A stretch of 64,000 bases of DNA from an uncultured Spirochaetales bacterium (GTDB lineage Bacteria > Spirochaetota > Spirochaetia > Treponematales > JBGSOB01), in the NCBI GenBank assembly GCA_964399285.1, contig CAYNQK010000001.1, forward strand, positions 90 through 64,089. The letters run 5' to 3'. Both the position numbers and the translations under genes were made by a program. A model generated the notes under the pieces. It did not search any database. It was not told the origin of the DNA and worked only from the letters and a program-made list of their open reading frames with translations. Positions 37,559 to 46,647 of the stretch are shown one piece after another; the first letter of the stretch is position 1, and each line of letters starts with the position of its first letter.

Positions 37559-39246
37559 GGGAAACTCACTTCGACGAGGGAAATGTCGTCCTCGAAGGAA
37601 CCCGTCATGCTCAGGTCCCGCACGAGGCGGATGAGATTATCGATCCTCGCCGCGGGCTCGGACTCGGGCGGGAGGCGCGCGAGGACGTCCATGAACTCGT
37701 CCATTCCGAAGACGTCCCCGGATTTATATCGCACTTCGTAGATGCCGTCGGAATAGACGTAGAGACGGGACTTGGGCGGAAGGGTGACGATCTCGTTCGA
37801 GAAGAGGTAGCCGTCGTCCACGCCGATCACGATGCCCTCGGTGATGAGCGGAGTCTTCTTGCCATCTGAGTCGATGATGACGCCCGCGCTGTTTCCCCCC
37901 GACGTGTACGTGAGCTCCCGAGTCGTCTTGTCGTAGACGCCGTACCAGATCGTGAAGTACATGTTGTTCTGGTCCTCGGAACGGAATCGGGAATTGAGGG
38001 AGCTGAGCACGTCCGCGGGGTCGGAGAAATTGGTGGACGGGAGGGTCTCGTACTTGAGCATGTTCATGATAGTGACGGAGAGGAGAGCGGCCTCTATTCC
38101 ATGGCCGGATACGTCTATCAGGTAAAGAAGGAACTTGCCGTCGGGGCGATAATGGTAGCCGAAGACATCCCCGCCGAGGCTCAGGGACGGAATGAAGGAC
38201 CATGCTACGCGGAGGTCGTCCTGCTCGATGGGAGGCGGCAGGAGGCTCCTCACGTACTTCGCGGCGTCCTGGAGCTCGGTCTGGAGCCGGCGCTGGGTGT
38301 CCTCGATCGCCTGGATGTACATGTCTTTCTGTTTCTTGAGACGCGCGCGTTCCATGATGGACCCGATGCGGGCGCGCAGGATGATAGGATCGAAATCCCT
38401 GGGGAGGTAGTCCTCCGCGCCGAGCTCGATGCAGGAGGCCATGGCCGATGGGTCGTCGAAGGCCGAGATGACGATGACGGGGATTTCCCTGAGGCGCTCC
38501 TCTCCCTTGAGGCGCTCGAGGATCTCGAATCCGCTCATCTCGGGCATCATTATGTCGAGGAGGATCATGTCGAAGGGAACGTTCTTGAGGAGCTTGAGCG
38601 CGGCCCTGCCGTTGTCCGCGCTCACGATCACGTGACCCTGCCGCTCGAGCTGGCGGGCCATGATCCCGCGGTTCGCCTCGTCGTCGTCGATGATGAGGAT
38701 CCGTCCCGGAATGAGGGCGCGGCCGACCTTGCCGTTCTCTATCTCGCGGAGGCCCTGGACGGCCGAATCGCGGGTGGCCTGGGCGTCGGGAATCGCGCGG
38801 TTCGCTGGATTGGCGGCGGGCGCGTGAACCTCGGCCGCGGGCCGTTCGGATAGGGAAGCGGCCTGGACCATCGCGACGATCTTGTTCGTCGCGTCTATGA
38901 CGCTTTCCACGTCGGCCTGGAATTCCTCCCGGGAATCACGGCGCGTTATGCGTTTCGCGGAATGCCCGAGGGAAAGGATGTCGAAAAGTTGGGAGAGGGC
39001 CGAGGATCTGAGTTCGGCGTATCTGCCCTCCTCGGGCGGAGAATCGGCGAAGAGGGCGTTAGTCACGTCCTTGAGCGCGTTCGCGATCGAGGAAATGGAC
39101 TTGAAGATGTCCGAAAGCTCGTCGAGCTTGGCTTCGGAGGCGTCCGCTTTCAGGAGATCGGCGTATCCCGATACGTGGTGGAGGAGGTTCCGTACTTCAT
39201 GGCGTTTCTGTGATGAGGGGGTTATGTCCATTCCCGCCCTCCGCAA
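37555..39246 (-). CDS. response-regulator receiver / PP2C (SpoIIE-type) phosphatase with N-terminal H-box-like helical domain
   Basis: N-terminal RHEVRNLLHHVSGYADLL is H-box-like. The REC domain has ILIIDDDEANR...ILLDIMMPEMSG. The PP2C part has GGDVFGY...YLIDVSGHG...YVYSDGIYE. Confidence 0.85.
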   Translation of the reverse strand: MRRAGMDITPSSQKRHEVRNLLHHVSGYADLLKADASEAKLDELSDIFKSISSIANALKDVTNALFADSPPEEGRYAELRSSALSQLFDILSLGHSAKRITRRDSREEFQADVESVIDATNKIVAMVQAASLSERPAAEVHAPAANPANRAIPDAQATRDSAVQGLREIENGKVGRALIPGRILIIDDDEANRGIMARQLERQGHVIVSADNGRAALKLLKNVPFDMILLDIMMPEMSGFEILERLKGEERLREIPVIVISAFDDPSAMASCIELGAEDYLPRDFDPIILRARIGSIMERARLKKQKDMYIQAIEDTQRRLQTELQDAAKYVRSLLPPPIEQDDLRVAWSFIPSLSLGGDVFGYHYRPDGKFLLYLIDVSGHGIEAALLSVTIMNMLKYETLPSTNFSDPADVLSSLNSRFRSEDQNNMYFTIWYGVYDKTTRELTYTSGGNSAGVIIDSDGKKTPLITEGIVIGVDDGYLFSNEIVTLPPKSRLYVYSDGIYEVRYKSGDVFGMDEFMDVLARLPPESEPAARIDNLIRLVRDLSMTGSFEDDISLVEVSFP

Positions 39247-39311
39247 CGGGGAATTCTCGGCGAAGCCGCGTTCCGGGCCGGCGGGGCCCGAGGCCGGCGC
39301 CGACGGGCGGA

Positions 39312-39446
39312 TCAGCTCTTCTCCGCGTGTTCCTCGGCGTACTTCTTGAATTCTTCCTCCGACATCTTGTCGGAGTACATAGGATAAAGCGCCTCGACCA
39401 GCTCTTCCAGCGTAGGGAATTTGGCTCCATCAAGCTTATAGGCCAT
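39312..39446 (-). CDS. possible 44-aa acidic/lysine-rich small protein
   Basis: [49 protein letters not shown] lies about 11 nt upstream. Lower GC than the surroundings. The rest of the 417-aa ORF-track entry is antisense to murA. Confidence 0.4.
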   Translation of the reverse strand: MAYKLDGAKFPTLEELVEALYPMYSDKMSEEEFKKYAEEHAEKS

Positions 39447-39541
39447 ACGTGCCGCGATCTCCAGAGAACGAAGTATAGGTGATTTCCGAACCATTGTAAA
39501 GAACGGGCTCAGCGCCGGTGTCGCAGGGATTCCCTCAAGAA

Positions 39542-39570
39542 TTGACAATGGACGCGAAGAAACGTACTGT
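39542..39570 (+). promoter_or_regulatory. sigma70-like promoter abutting the murA ATG
   Basis: TTGACA 39542-39547, 17 nt, TACTGT 39565-39570, 6 nt, ATG 39577. Confidence 0.5.
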
Positions 39571-39576
39571 CCTCCC

Positions 39577-40872
39577 ATGTACATGTACCGGATCGAAGGC
39601 GGATTCCCGATGAAAGGGGCCATCAGGGCCTCGGGAAACAAGAACGCCGCCCTTCCCTGCATCGCCGCCGCCCTCCTGACCGAGGAGGAAGTCCTCCTCG
39701 GCAACGTGCCTGACATTGAGGACGTCCGCGTCATGCTCGAGGTCGTGAAGGCCCTCGGCGCGAAAGTCGAATGGAAGGGCGAGAACCGAGTGTCCATCAA
39801 GGCGTCCAGCATCTCCCGCCAGGACGTGCCGCAGGAACTCGCCACCAAGATACGCGCCTCGATCCTCTTCGCCGGCCCCCTCCTCGCGCGGACGGGCAAG
39901 GCCGTCCTGCCGCCGCCCGGCGGCGACGTGATCGGAAGGCGGCGGGTGGATACGCATTTTCTCGCCCTCTCCGAGCTCGGGGCGAAAATCGACATCGACG
40001 GCAGGTTCGTGTTCAGCGCGAACAAGCTGTCGGGGGCGGACATCTTCCTCGACGAGGCCTCCGTTACCGCCACGGAGAATGCGATCATGGCGGCCGCCCT
40101 CGCCGACGGCCGCTCCCTGATCCGCAACGCGGCGAGCGAGCCGCACGTGCAAGACCTCTGCCGCCTCGTCAACGCGATGGGCGGGAAAATATCCGGGATC
40201 GGCTCCAACCAGCTCGTGATCGAGGGGGTCAAGCGCCTGTCCGGCGCTAAGTTCGACATCGGCCCGGATTTCATGGAGATCGGATCCTTCATCGGCCTCA
40301 CCGCGGTCACCCGGGGCGAGATCGAGATCTCGGGCGTGGACGCCGAGGACCTGAGGATGATGCGGCTCGGCTTCGGAAAGCTCGGGATCCGCTGGACGGT
40401 GGAGGACGGCGTGCTCCGCGTTTCCGGCGGGCAGGAGATGAAGGTCGATCCCGACTTCGGGGGCATGGTGCCCAAGATCGACGACTCGCCTTGGCCCGGC
40501 TTCCCGCCGGACCTCATGTCCATCATGACCGTCGTAGCCACGCAGGTGGACGGCACCGTCCTCATTCACGAGAAGATGTTCGAATCGAGGATGTTCTTCG
40601 TGGACATGCTCATCGGCATGGGCGCGCGGATCATCCTCTGCGATCCGCACCGCGCCGTCGTTTCCGGTCCCTGCAAGCTCCGCGGCTCAACCCTCAAATC
40701 CCCGGACGTCCGCGCCGGAATGGCCATGGTCATCGCGGCCCTTTGCGCGGAGGGGAAGAGCACGATCCACAACGTGTACCAGATCGAACGCGGCTACGAG
40801 GCCATCACCGAGCGCCTCACGTCCCTCGGGGCGCGCATCGCGCGCGAGGAGGACAGGGGCTCTAAGGAGTGA
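39577..40872 (+). CDS. murA: UDP-N-acetylglucosamine 1-carboxyvinyltransferase
   Basis: [33 protein letters not shown] and the C-terminal YQIERGYE. An in-frame ATG at 39583 is an alternative start. Confidence 0.95.
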   Translation: MYMYRIEGGFPMKGAIRASGNKNAALPCIAAALLTEEEVLLGNVPDIEDVRVMLEVVKALGAKVEWKGENRVSIKASSISRQDVPQELATKIRASILFAGPLLARTGKAVLPPPGGDVIGRRRVDTHFLALSELGAKIDIDGRFVFSANKLSGADIFLDEASVTATENAIMAAALADGRSLIRNAASEPHVQDLCRLVNAMGGKISGIGSNQLVIEGVKRLSGAKFDIGPDFMEIGSFIGLTAVTRGEIEISGVDAEDLRMMRLGFGKLGIRWTVEDGVLRVSGGQEMKVDPDFGGMVPKIDDSPWPGFPPDLMSIMTVVATQVDGTVLIHEKMFESRMFFVDMLIGMGARIILCDPHRAVVSGPCKLRGSTLKSPDVRAGMAMVIAALCAEGKSTIHNVYQIERGYEAITERLTSLGARIAREEDRGSKE

Positions 40873-41740
40873 TGGAGAGGAGGAGGTCGCAGGCCTCCTT
40901 CGCGAGCCGGAAATCCTCCTCGTTCCCCGCGTCGGTCCGTATTTCCCTGTTCAGTAACGCATCGGGATGGCTTCTGAGGCTTGCGGCCCGGAAGGCTTTC
41001 TTGATCTCCTCGGCGCCCGCGCCCGGGCTCAGGCCCAGCACGTCCCACGCCGATATCCTCCCGCCGAGGCTCCCCGATAAGGTTCCGCGAACGGTATCGC
41101 GAGGCAGGCCGGCTCGCTCGAAAGTAGCCTCCAGGAGCTCCACGGCGCCCGGTCCGTTCCTCGCGGGGCTCATGATGAGGAGGGCGAGCGCGACCCTGAC
41201 GACCGGAGCGGAATCATCCGCCCTCAGTCCGCCAAGCTCGGCGACGTATCGGCGCAGGAATCGTTCGGCGGAACCGGCCGCCGCGTACTTGAGCGCGTAT
41301 TCCGCGGCTCGCCTCGCGAAACGCGCGGCCGGGCCGCGGGATCCCGATTCTAGCCCTTCCGCGGCCGCGATGACGGCATCTACGGCGATCATCCGCTCTT
41401 CCGGCCGGATACCTCTGGCTGCTTCGCCTACGCTTTCAGAGGCGTGAACGGATGCTTCGTTTCCCCAGAACGATTCGGGAAGGAAGGTCATCGCGAAGCC
41501 GATGAGCGCGGCGACGCCGGGTACGGAGCGCGAGCCGGTTGACGGCATATGAGCGTTTTCGGGGTCGCGGAAGAAATCCCTCAGGGCCTTGTGGTCGATC
41601 TCGCGGAGCAGGACTTCGGCGACGAGGAGCGAGAGGAGGGCGCCCACGATCGCGCCGTACCAGCGGCCGGCGATGAACCCTATGCCCGAGCCGAGGGCGA
41701 GCCCGGCGACGCGGACGACGGGAAAGCGGTATCCGGGCAT
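40862..41740 (-). CDS. membrane-anchored C-terminal J-domain protein (DjlA-like)
   Basis: N-terminal TM segments. C-terminal [29 protein letters not shown] carries the HPD motif. Confidence 0.7.
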   Translation of the reverse strand: MPGYRFPVVRVAGLALGSGIGFIAGRWYGAIVGALLSLLVAEVLLREIDHKALRDFFRDPENAHMPSTGSRSVPGVAALIGFAMTFLPESFWGNEASVHASESVGEAARGIRPEERMIAVDAVIAAAEGLESGSRGPAARFARRAAEYALKYAAAGSAERFLRRYVAELGGLRADDSAPVVRVALALLIMSPARNGPGAVELLEATFERAGLPRDTVRGTLSGSLGGRISAWDVLGLSPGAGAEEIKKAFRAASLRSHPDALLNREIRTDAGNEEDFRLAKEACDLLLSITP

Positions 41741-41747
41741 ACGGGAT

Positions 41748-43442
41748 TCAAGCCGCCGATTTGTCGCGGTGGCCGGCGATGAGGATCATCGAGGCGGAGA
41801 TGAATACGGCGTGGACGAGGAAGAAGATAAGGAAGGCGGAGACGATCTCCATGAGTGATCCGGTCTTGGGCGCGAGCGCGGCCGCGAGTCCCGAGCCCGC
41901 CCAGCGGGCGGCCCTGACGATCATGGAGGCCGCGATGAAGGAGAGGGCTCCGGTGACCAGCGCCTGGAAATAGGGGGGCTTCGAACCGGGGTATCGGTAT
42001 CGCGCCCCGAGGAGGAAGGAGAACAGCGCGGCGAAGAGCGTCATCAAGAGCGCGTGCAGCCTGAGAAGGCCCTCGCGCAGGAAGGGAGCGGGATCGATAG
42101 CCACGCGCTGCCCCTTCGCGTAGACCTTGATGAGGTCGGGCAGGCCCGCGGATTCCGGGCCCGAGGCCGCGATGGCGCCGAGCTCGAGATCCTCGCGCTG
42201 GACGGAGAGGTCGAGTATGTTATCCGCCGTTTTGCCGGTCCCTCCCGCGAGGTAGATCGGTTTCCAGGAGCGCGCGGGGTTATCCCGGTCGTAGCAGGCG
42301 AGGAGGATCCGGCCGGCCCGCGCCTTGGCGTAAGGGGCGGAGAGCTTCTTCACGACTTTGCCCGAGGAGACCGAGATGAACTCGAAATCGACCATGTACG
42401 CGACTTCCTCGCCGAGGTAGAGCGATGAGGCGGCTATGAAATTGGTAGAGGTTCCTCCATCCGCGGGAAGCTTCATGAAGAATGATCGGGACCGCGGAAG
42501 GCGCGAGAGCCGGCCGACCTCGTCCATGAAGAAGGCGACGGATTTCATCTCCTCGAGGCTTTCCTGGGCGTACCGCTCGATTTCCGGATCACCGGGGGAT
42601 TGTTCCTTGAGGGCGAGGAAGAGCGAATATGCGGCCACGGGGTCGCCGCTCTTCAGCGTCTGGTAAGCCGCGCGTTTTCGCTTCGCGAGGTCGCGCCTCG
42701 AGCGTTCCTCGATGCCGTCCTCCATGATACCGATCTTGGTCCAGGCCTCGGACGCGAGCCGCACGGCGTCGAGGCGCTTGGGATCGATCCTCGAAGCCCT
42801 GGTAGCGAGCGAGTGCGCGTCGTAGTACCTCCCGGCGCGGAAGGCTTCCTGGGCCTCGATGTAGAGCTCGTTCGCGCTCCGATCCGTCCGCTCGGCCTTC
42901 TTGGCGCCCGAAGGGGGGGCGGCAGGGGCCTCGTAGCCGGGACGCTCGGCGTATTTCTTCCGGAGGTCGAGGTAGCGCTTGTCCTTGGGGGCGATCGTCG
43001 CCATGACGTTCAGCGCTTGGGCGGCGCGTGCCCATTCGCCGGCTTCGTGCGCTCGGGATCCCTCGCGGAGCTCTTCCATGAAAAGGGCGCTCGCCTCCGA
43101 AATCCTCGATGATCTCCGCTCGGCGAGCGGCTTGAGGGCGAGGAGGACGACGGCGCAGACCAGGGCGGTCGCTACGACGAAGGCTATCGACCCGCGGGCC
43201 CTGTTCGAGCCCTCGGGATTCTTATCCGTGAAGAGGCCGAAGCAGAGGAAGACCGATGCCGAGAGCAGGGGAATGATCCATTCGCAGGCCGACGCGAAGG
43301 CGGCGAGCATGTGCCAGGAGAGCGTGAAGGAAGGCAGTATGCCGCGTTCGGGACCGAAGAAGAAATTGATCGCCGCGAAGACGATGAAGAGGAGGGCGAA
43401 CCCCGGTATGAGCACGAGGAAGGCGTTGCGGACCCGGTTCAT
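41748..43442 (-). CDS. 3+3 TM membrane protein with large TPR-containing extracytoplasmic insert (LptF/G-like topology)
   Basis: Start ATG 43442 (MNRVRNAFLVLIPGF) overlaps the upstream stop (ATGA). The TPR-like segment is ELYIEAQEAFRAGRYYDAHSLATRA. Function is inferred from topology only. Confidence 0.5.
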   Translation of the reverse strand: MNRVRNAFLVLIPGFALLFIVFAAINFFFGPERGILPSFTLSWHMLAAFASACEWIIPLLSASVFLCFGLFTDKNPEGSNRARGSIAFVVATALVCAVVLLALKPLAERRSSRISEASALFMEELREGSRAHEAGEWARAAQALNVMATIAPKDKRYLDLRKKYAERPGYEAPAAPPSGAKKAERTDRSANELYIEAQEAFRAGRYYDAHSLATRASRIDPKRLDAVRLASEAWTKIGIMEDGIEERSRRDLAKRKRAAYQTLKSGDPVAAYSLFLALKEQSPGDPEIERYAQESLEEMKSVAFFMDEVGRLSRLPRSRSFFMKLPADGGTSTNFIAASSLYLGEEVAYMVDFEFISVSSGKVVKKLSAPYAKARAGRILLACYDRDNPARSWKPIYLAGGTGKTADNILDLSVQREDLELGAIAASGPESAGLPDLIKVYAKGQRVAIDPAPFLREGLLRLHALLMTLFAALFSFLLGARYRYPGSKPPYFQALVTGALSFIAASMIVRAARWAGSGLAAALAPKTGSLMEIVSAFLIFFLVHAVFISASMILIAGHRDKSAA

Positions 43443-44371
43443 TCCTCGTCCCTTCCGCCGCGCGCGCGCGCTTTCGAGAGGAGGACGTCCCACAGGACGA
43501 GAAGGGCCGCGATCAGGACGAAGACGCCGTGCGCCGACCAGGCCGCGATCTTGGCGTTCGTGAGACCCGTCATGAGGCGGCGGAATTCTTCCGAGCTCAC
43601 GGCCCGGACGAGCCAAAGGGAGCCAGAGAAGGCCGCTAGGCCGAGGAATACGCCCGTGAGCTTCCACGAGGGGAGCCTGGTGAAGAGCCAGAGCGAGGTG
43701 AAGGCGAGGGCGAGAACGGCCGCGGAGATGAGGTCCGTGATGAGTCCTTTTCCGCTCCTCGCGAAAGCGCGTATCGCTTTAGCCTGCGACTCGAGCGAGG
43801 AGATGAAGGCGGGTTTTCCGGAGGTTTCCGTATGGATTTTGGGGGACTGCGCCTGACCGCCGACGGGCAGATCGCGTTTCGCGTGGAATGAGAGGATCGT
43901 TCCGGTTCCTTTCGCGGGGAGGGCCGAGAAATCCGCGATGACGGCGTTCCGGGCGGTTTTTCCCTTATCCGCGATGGATTCCGCGTAGTACGCCGCGTTG
44001 CCTTCCGCCCTGACGACGAAGCCCGCCCGGGGGAGGGATATCGTCTTCGGAAGCGCGGCCTTGGAAGCGGAGAAGACCGAATCGAGCCCGAGGGTGCCGA
44101 AGGATAGGCTCGCGAAGGCGGAAGCGAAGAGGAGCGCGAATGCGAGCGGCATGTTGCATTTCCTCCGGAGGGGCGCGAAGGAGGAGACGAAGAGGGCGCA
44201 GAGGCATAAGACGGGGAAATTCGAGACCGTCTCGGCGACTCCGGTCGTGACGGCCTGGTTGAATTCCTGGCCCCCGGCCTTAGCGAGCCCGAATGAGCAT
44301 AAAGCCATGATCGCCAAGAATATGCAGAGGAGGATGAGATAGCGCACGGGGAGAAGCAACGCGTGTTTCAT
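43439..44371 (-). CDS. 3+3 TM membrane protein (LptF/G-like topology)
   Basis: Three N-terminal and three C-terminal TM segments flank a soluble domain of about 130 aa. First gene of a three-gene minus-strand operon. Confidence 0.5.
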   Translation of the reverse strand: MKHALLLPVRYLILLCIFLAIMALCSFGLAKAGGQEFNQAVTTGVAETVSNFPVLCLCALFVSSFAPLRRKCNMPLAFALLFASAFASLSFGTLGLDSVFSASKAALPKTISLPRAGFVVRAEGNAAYYAESIADKGKTARNAVIADFSALPAKGTGTILSFHAKRDLPVGGQAQSPKIHTETSGKPAFISSLESQAKAIRAFARSGKGLITDLISAAVLALAFTSLWLFTRLPSWKLTGVFLGLAAFSGSLWLVRAVSSEEFRRLMTGLTNAKIAAWSAHGVFVLIAALLVLWDVLLSKARARGGRDEE

Positions 44372-44446
44372 CCGAATAAAAGATTACCATGGGGGAGCAG
44401 GCCGCGCAAGCTCGCGGTCGAATTGAAAATCTTTCCTTATCACATT

Positions 44447-44670
44447 TTATCCACAGGTTTTGCAATAAAAAGAGACAGTATTGTGGATAAAGCGCGGAAA
44501 GGAGAGGAATTAATTAACCTTTTAGCAAATAAAAAAGCGATAATAATTCATTAAGGGCGATGGATTTAGAAGATTATCCATAAATCCACTGAAAAAACAT
44601 AGACATTTTAGACATATATGGAACAAGGGATGCTATGAGTAGACATCGTTTTTTCCACAAGTTATTCACA
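44447..44670. other. dense DnaA-box cluster in an AT-rich 380-bp intergenic region
   Basis: TTATCCACA 44447-44455 (perfect), TGTGGATAA 44482-44490 (perfect, inverted), TTATCCATA 44574-44582, TTTTCCACA 44651-44659 and TTATTCACA 44662-44670. AT-rich core 44500-44560. Confidence 0.55.
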
Positions 44671-44695
44671 TGAACACGGAGAGTGTTTCTAGGTA

Positions 44696-44730
44696 AAGAA
44701 AAAGGCCGTTTCTAGACAGAAACGGCCTTC
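44696..44730 (-). terminator. rho-independent terminator after pspA
   Basis: The minus strand reads GAAGGCCGTTTC tgtcta GAAACGGCCTTTTT. Confidence 0.8.
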
Positions 44731-44750
44731 ATTTTTCCTTTGTTTTCCGG

Positions 44751-45452
44751 TCAGACTTTATCGGTTCCGGCAGAATCGGTGAGCATTTTGGCCTTGAGCT
44801 CTTCGAGCATGATGTCCGCGCTCGTAGAGGATCGTTCAAGTTGTTTGAACTGCTCTTCGAGACTGGAGTTTTTGGACAGATCCTCCAATTCCACGGACGC
44901 CGCGGCGCGCGCTTCGAGCTCATCGACCTTCGCCGCCATCCGATCGAAGGCTTCGAAAGCGCTGGTATTGCCAGTAACGCTAGAAATGGTCTTTTGGATC
45001 TTCTCCTGGGCTTCCGCGCGCTTGGCTCGGGCGATGAGGAGGTTTTTCTTCCTCGTGGCCTCGTCGATTTTACCCTGGAGGGCCCTGAGGCTTTCCTTGA
45101 GCTTCTCGACCGAGGCCTTCTGGCCCTCCCACTGGGTGCGGTACTGGACGAAGTAGTTCTCGTACTCCTGCTTCCTGAGGAGGGCTTCCTTCGCGAGGTC
45201 GTCCTTGCCCGCCCTGACGGCGAGCATGGCCTTCCCCTCCCACTCCTTCGCCTGCCTGGCTTGTTCCTGCGCCTCGCGCTCGAGCTTCTTCTCGTCGGCG
45301 ATGGCGAGGGCGACGGCCTTCTTGGACTCGATCATCTGCTGGTTCATGTCCAGGACCAGCTGATTGAGCATTTTCTCGGGATTCTCCGCCTTGGCGATCA
45401 GGTCGTTGATATTGGAGGAGACGACTGTTTTCATTCTTTGGAAAATACCCAT
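44751..45452 (-). CDS. pspA: PspA/IM30-family protein
   Basis: MGIFQRMKTVVSSNINDLIAKAENPEKMLNQLVLDM is a canonical PspA N-terminus. Coiled coil throughout. SD AAGGAG. Confidence 0.9.
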   Translation of the reverse strand: MGIFQRMKTVVSSNINDLIAKAENPEKMLNQLVLDMNQQMIESKKAVALAIADEKKLEREAQEQARQAKEWEGKAMLAVRAGKDDLAKEALLRKQEYENYFVQYRTQWEGQKASVEKLKESLRALQGKIDEATRKKNLLIARAKRAEAQEKIQKTISSVTGNTSAFEAFDRMAAKVDELEARAAASVELEDLSKNSSLEEQFKQLERSSTSADIMLEELKAKMLTDSAGTDKV

Positions 45453-45463
45453 GGCGGTTCTCC

Positions 45464-45850
45464 TTACGAATTCCGGTAGCCGGAGAGGATCGGATAATGC
45501 TGGGAAAGCGCGAGCCCGATCGCGTCGACGGAGGCCTCGAACTCCTCCTTGTCCATGGTCGCGTACTCGAGGGTGTCGGAGAGGATGACGTCATTGCCCT
45601 CGATGCCGTAGGCGCCGTGGATGATGTCCGTTCCGTTGAGCCTGAGGAGGGTCTCGAAAAGCTCCTCGCGCTTGCGGGAGGGAACCTCCATGACCTTCGT
45701 CCTGATGACGACCACCGGATCGTCGTAGACGATCACGACGTTGGAAAGCCCCTTGGCGCCGTCGCGGACGAGGTAGGCGTTGTCAGCGGCCTCCTCGTAG
45801 GCGATTTTGAGGTCGATGAGGAAATCCTCGATTTTATTCAGGCCCGACAT
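45464..45850 (-). CDS. YbjN / T3SS-chaperone-like small protein
   Basis: 128-aa acidic alpha/beta protein (VVIVYDDPVVVIRTKV...LLRLNG). SD GGGAGGG. The family call is tentative. Confidence 0.5.
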   Translation of the reverse strand: MSGLNKIEDFLIDLKIAYEEAADNAYLVRDGAKGLSNVVIVYDDPVVVIRTKVMEVPSRKREELFETLLRLNGTDIIHGAYGIEGNDVILSDTLEYATMDKEEFEASVDAIGLALSQHYPILSGYRNS

Positions 45851-45888
45851 TCTCTACCCTCCCTGCCAGGGCGCCCTTCCGGCGCCCC

Positions 45889-46440
45889 CTAGCCGAGGAA
45901 TACCTGGCCTGACGGATCGATGGCCAGAATCGTCTTGCATTCGGAACAGCGGAATCGCCCGGCCTTGACGGCCTTGAGCTTCTTGGAGCAGATGGGGCAA
46001 CCGAAGATCTTGGGGAAGACGCTCGCGCTCTGGGCCTTCTCGCCCTGCGTGAAGAAGCCGATGGCGTCCTCGAGGTTGTCCTTGATATTGAAGAACTGCG
46101 AGAAGCCGAGGAGCTGGAAGACCTCGTACACCTTGGGCTGGATCTCGAGGAGCACGAGATCGCCGCCGCGCTGCTTCACCCCTTTCAAGAAGGCCGTGAA
46201 GGAGCCGATGCCCGTGGACGAGACGTAGTTGAGGCCGCCGCAGTGGAAGATCAGGTGGATGAACCCGCTGTCGATTGCCTTGGCGATGCGCTTCTGGAAG
46301 AAATTGGAATTATAGGTGTCGATGTAGCCGGTGAGGAAGAGAACCAAGCAGTCCGCGACGTTGTCCACCTTCTGCAGGCGGATCTTTAGGCTATCGTCCT
46401 TTTCGTCGTCGAATCCTGGAACGATATCGTTGTTGTTCAT
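45889..46440 (-). CDS. STAS-domain (anti-sigma antagonist-like) protein with C-terminal zinc ribbon
   Basis: STAS core LIFHCGGLNYVSSTGIGSF with a phosphorylatable Ser context. C-terminal CPICSKK...CSECK zinc ribbon. SD GAGGAG. Confidence 0.75.
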   Translation of the reverse strand: MNNNDIVPGFDDEKDDSLKIRLQKVDNVADCLVLFLTGYIDTYNSNFFQKRIAKAIDSGFIHLIFHCGGLNYVSSTGIGSFTAFLKGVKQRGGDLVLLEIQPKVYEVFQLLGFSQFFNIKDNLEDAIGFFTQGEKAQSASVFPKIFGCPICSKKLKAVKAGRFRCSECKTILAIDPSGQVFLG

Positions 46441-46503
46441 GGTACTCCTCTTCCCTATCCGCCATCCGCCGACGAGAGCGAAGGACGGCCATTGAACAAT
46501 ACC

Positions 46504-46532
46504 ATCTTACGGACTAGGCCAGTATTTGTCAA
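46504..46532 (-). promoter_or_regulatory. near-consensus sigma70 promoter of the STAS-YbjN-like-pspA operon
   Basis: Minus strand: TTGACA (46532-46527), 17 nt, TAAGAT (46509-46504). About 60 nt upstream of ATG 46440. Confidence 0.55.
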
Positions 46533-46647
46533 ATGCCGACGGGGTAAAATTTTCCTTCCGCCGAAGGGCGGTTCCGCCCTCCGCGGGGACGCCCGGCCCC
46601 GCCCGATGCCGGATCCGGCCCGTCGGGCGGTCCCGGCCGGCGGGGCT

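Noticed and set aside
39447-40565. Upstream 370 codons of the 417-aa minus-strand ORF 39312-40565.
   Set aside because: It is entirely antisense to murA and compositionally biased toward Ser, Pro, Arg and Thr. Only the last 44 codons, which lie outside murA and have an SD-like element and different composition, are retained as a possible sORF.
44363-44554. 63-aa plus-strand ORF inside the DnaA-box spacer.
   Set aside because: It starts inside the upstream gene's start region, has no SD, and owes its length to AT-rich sequence that happens to lack stops. The region is better explained as regulatory DNA.
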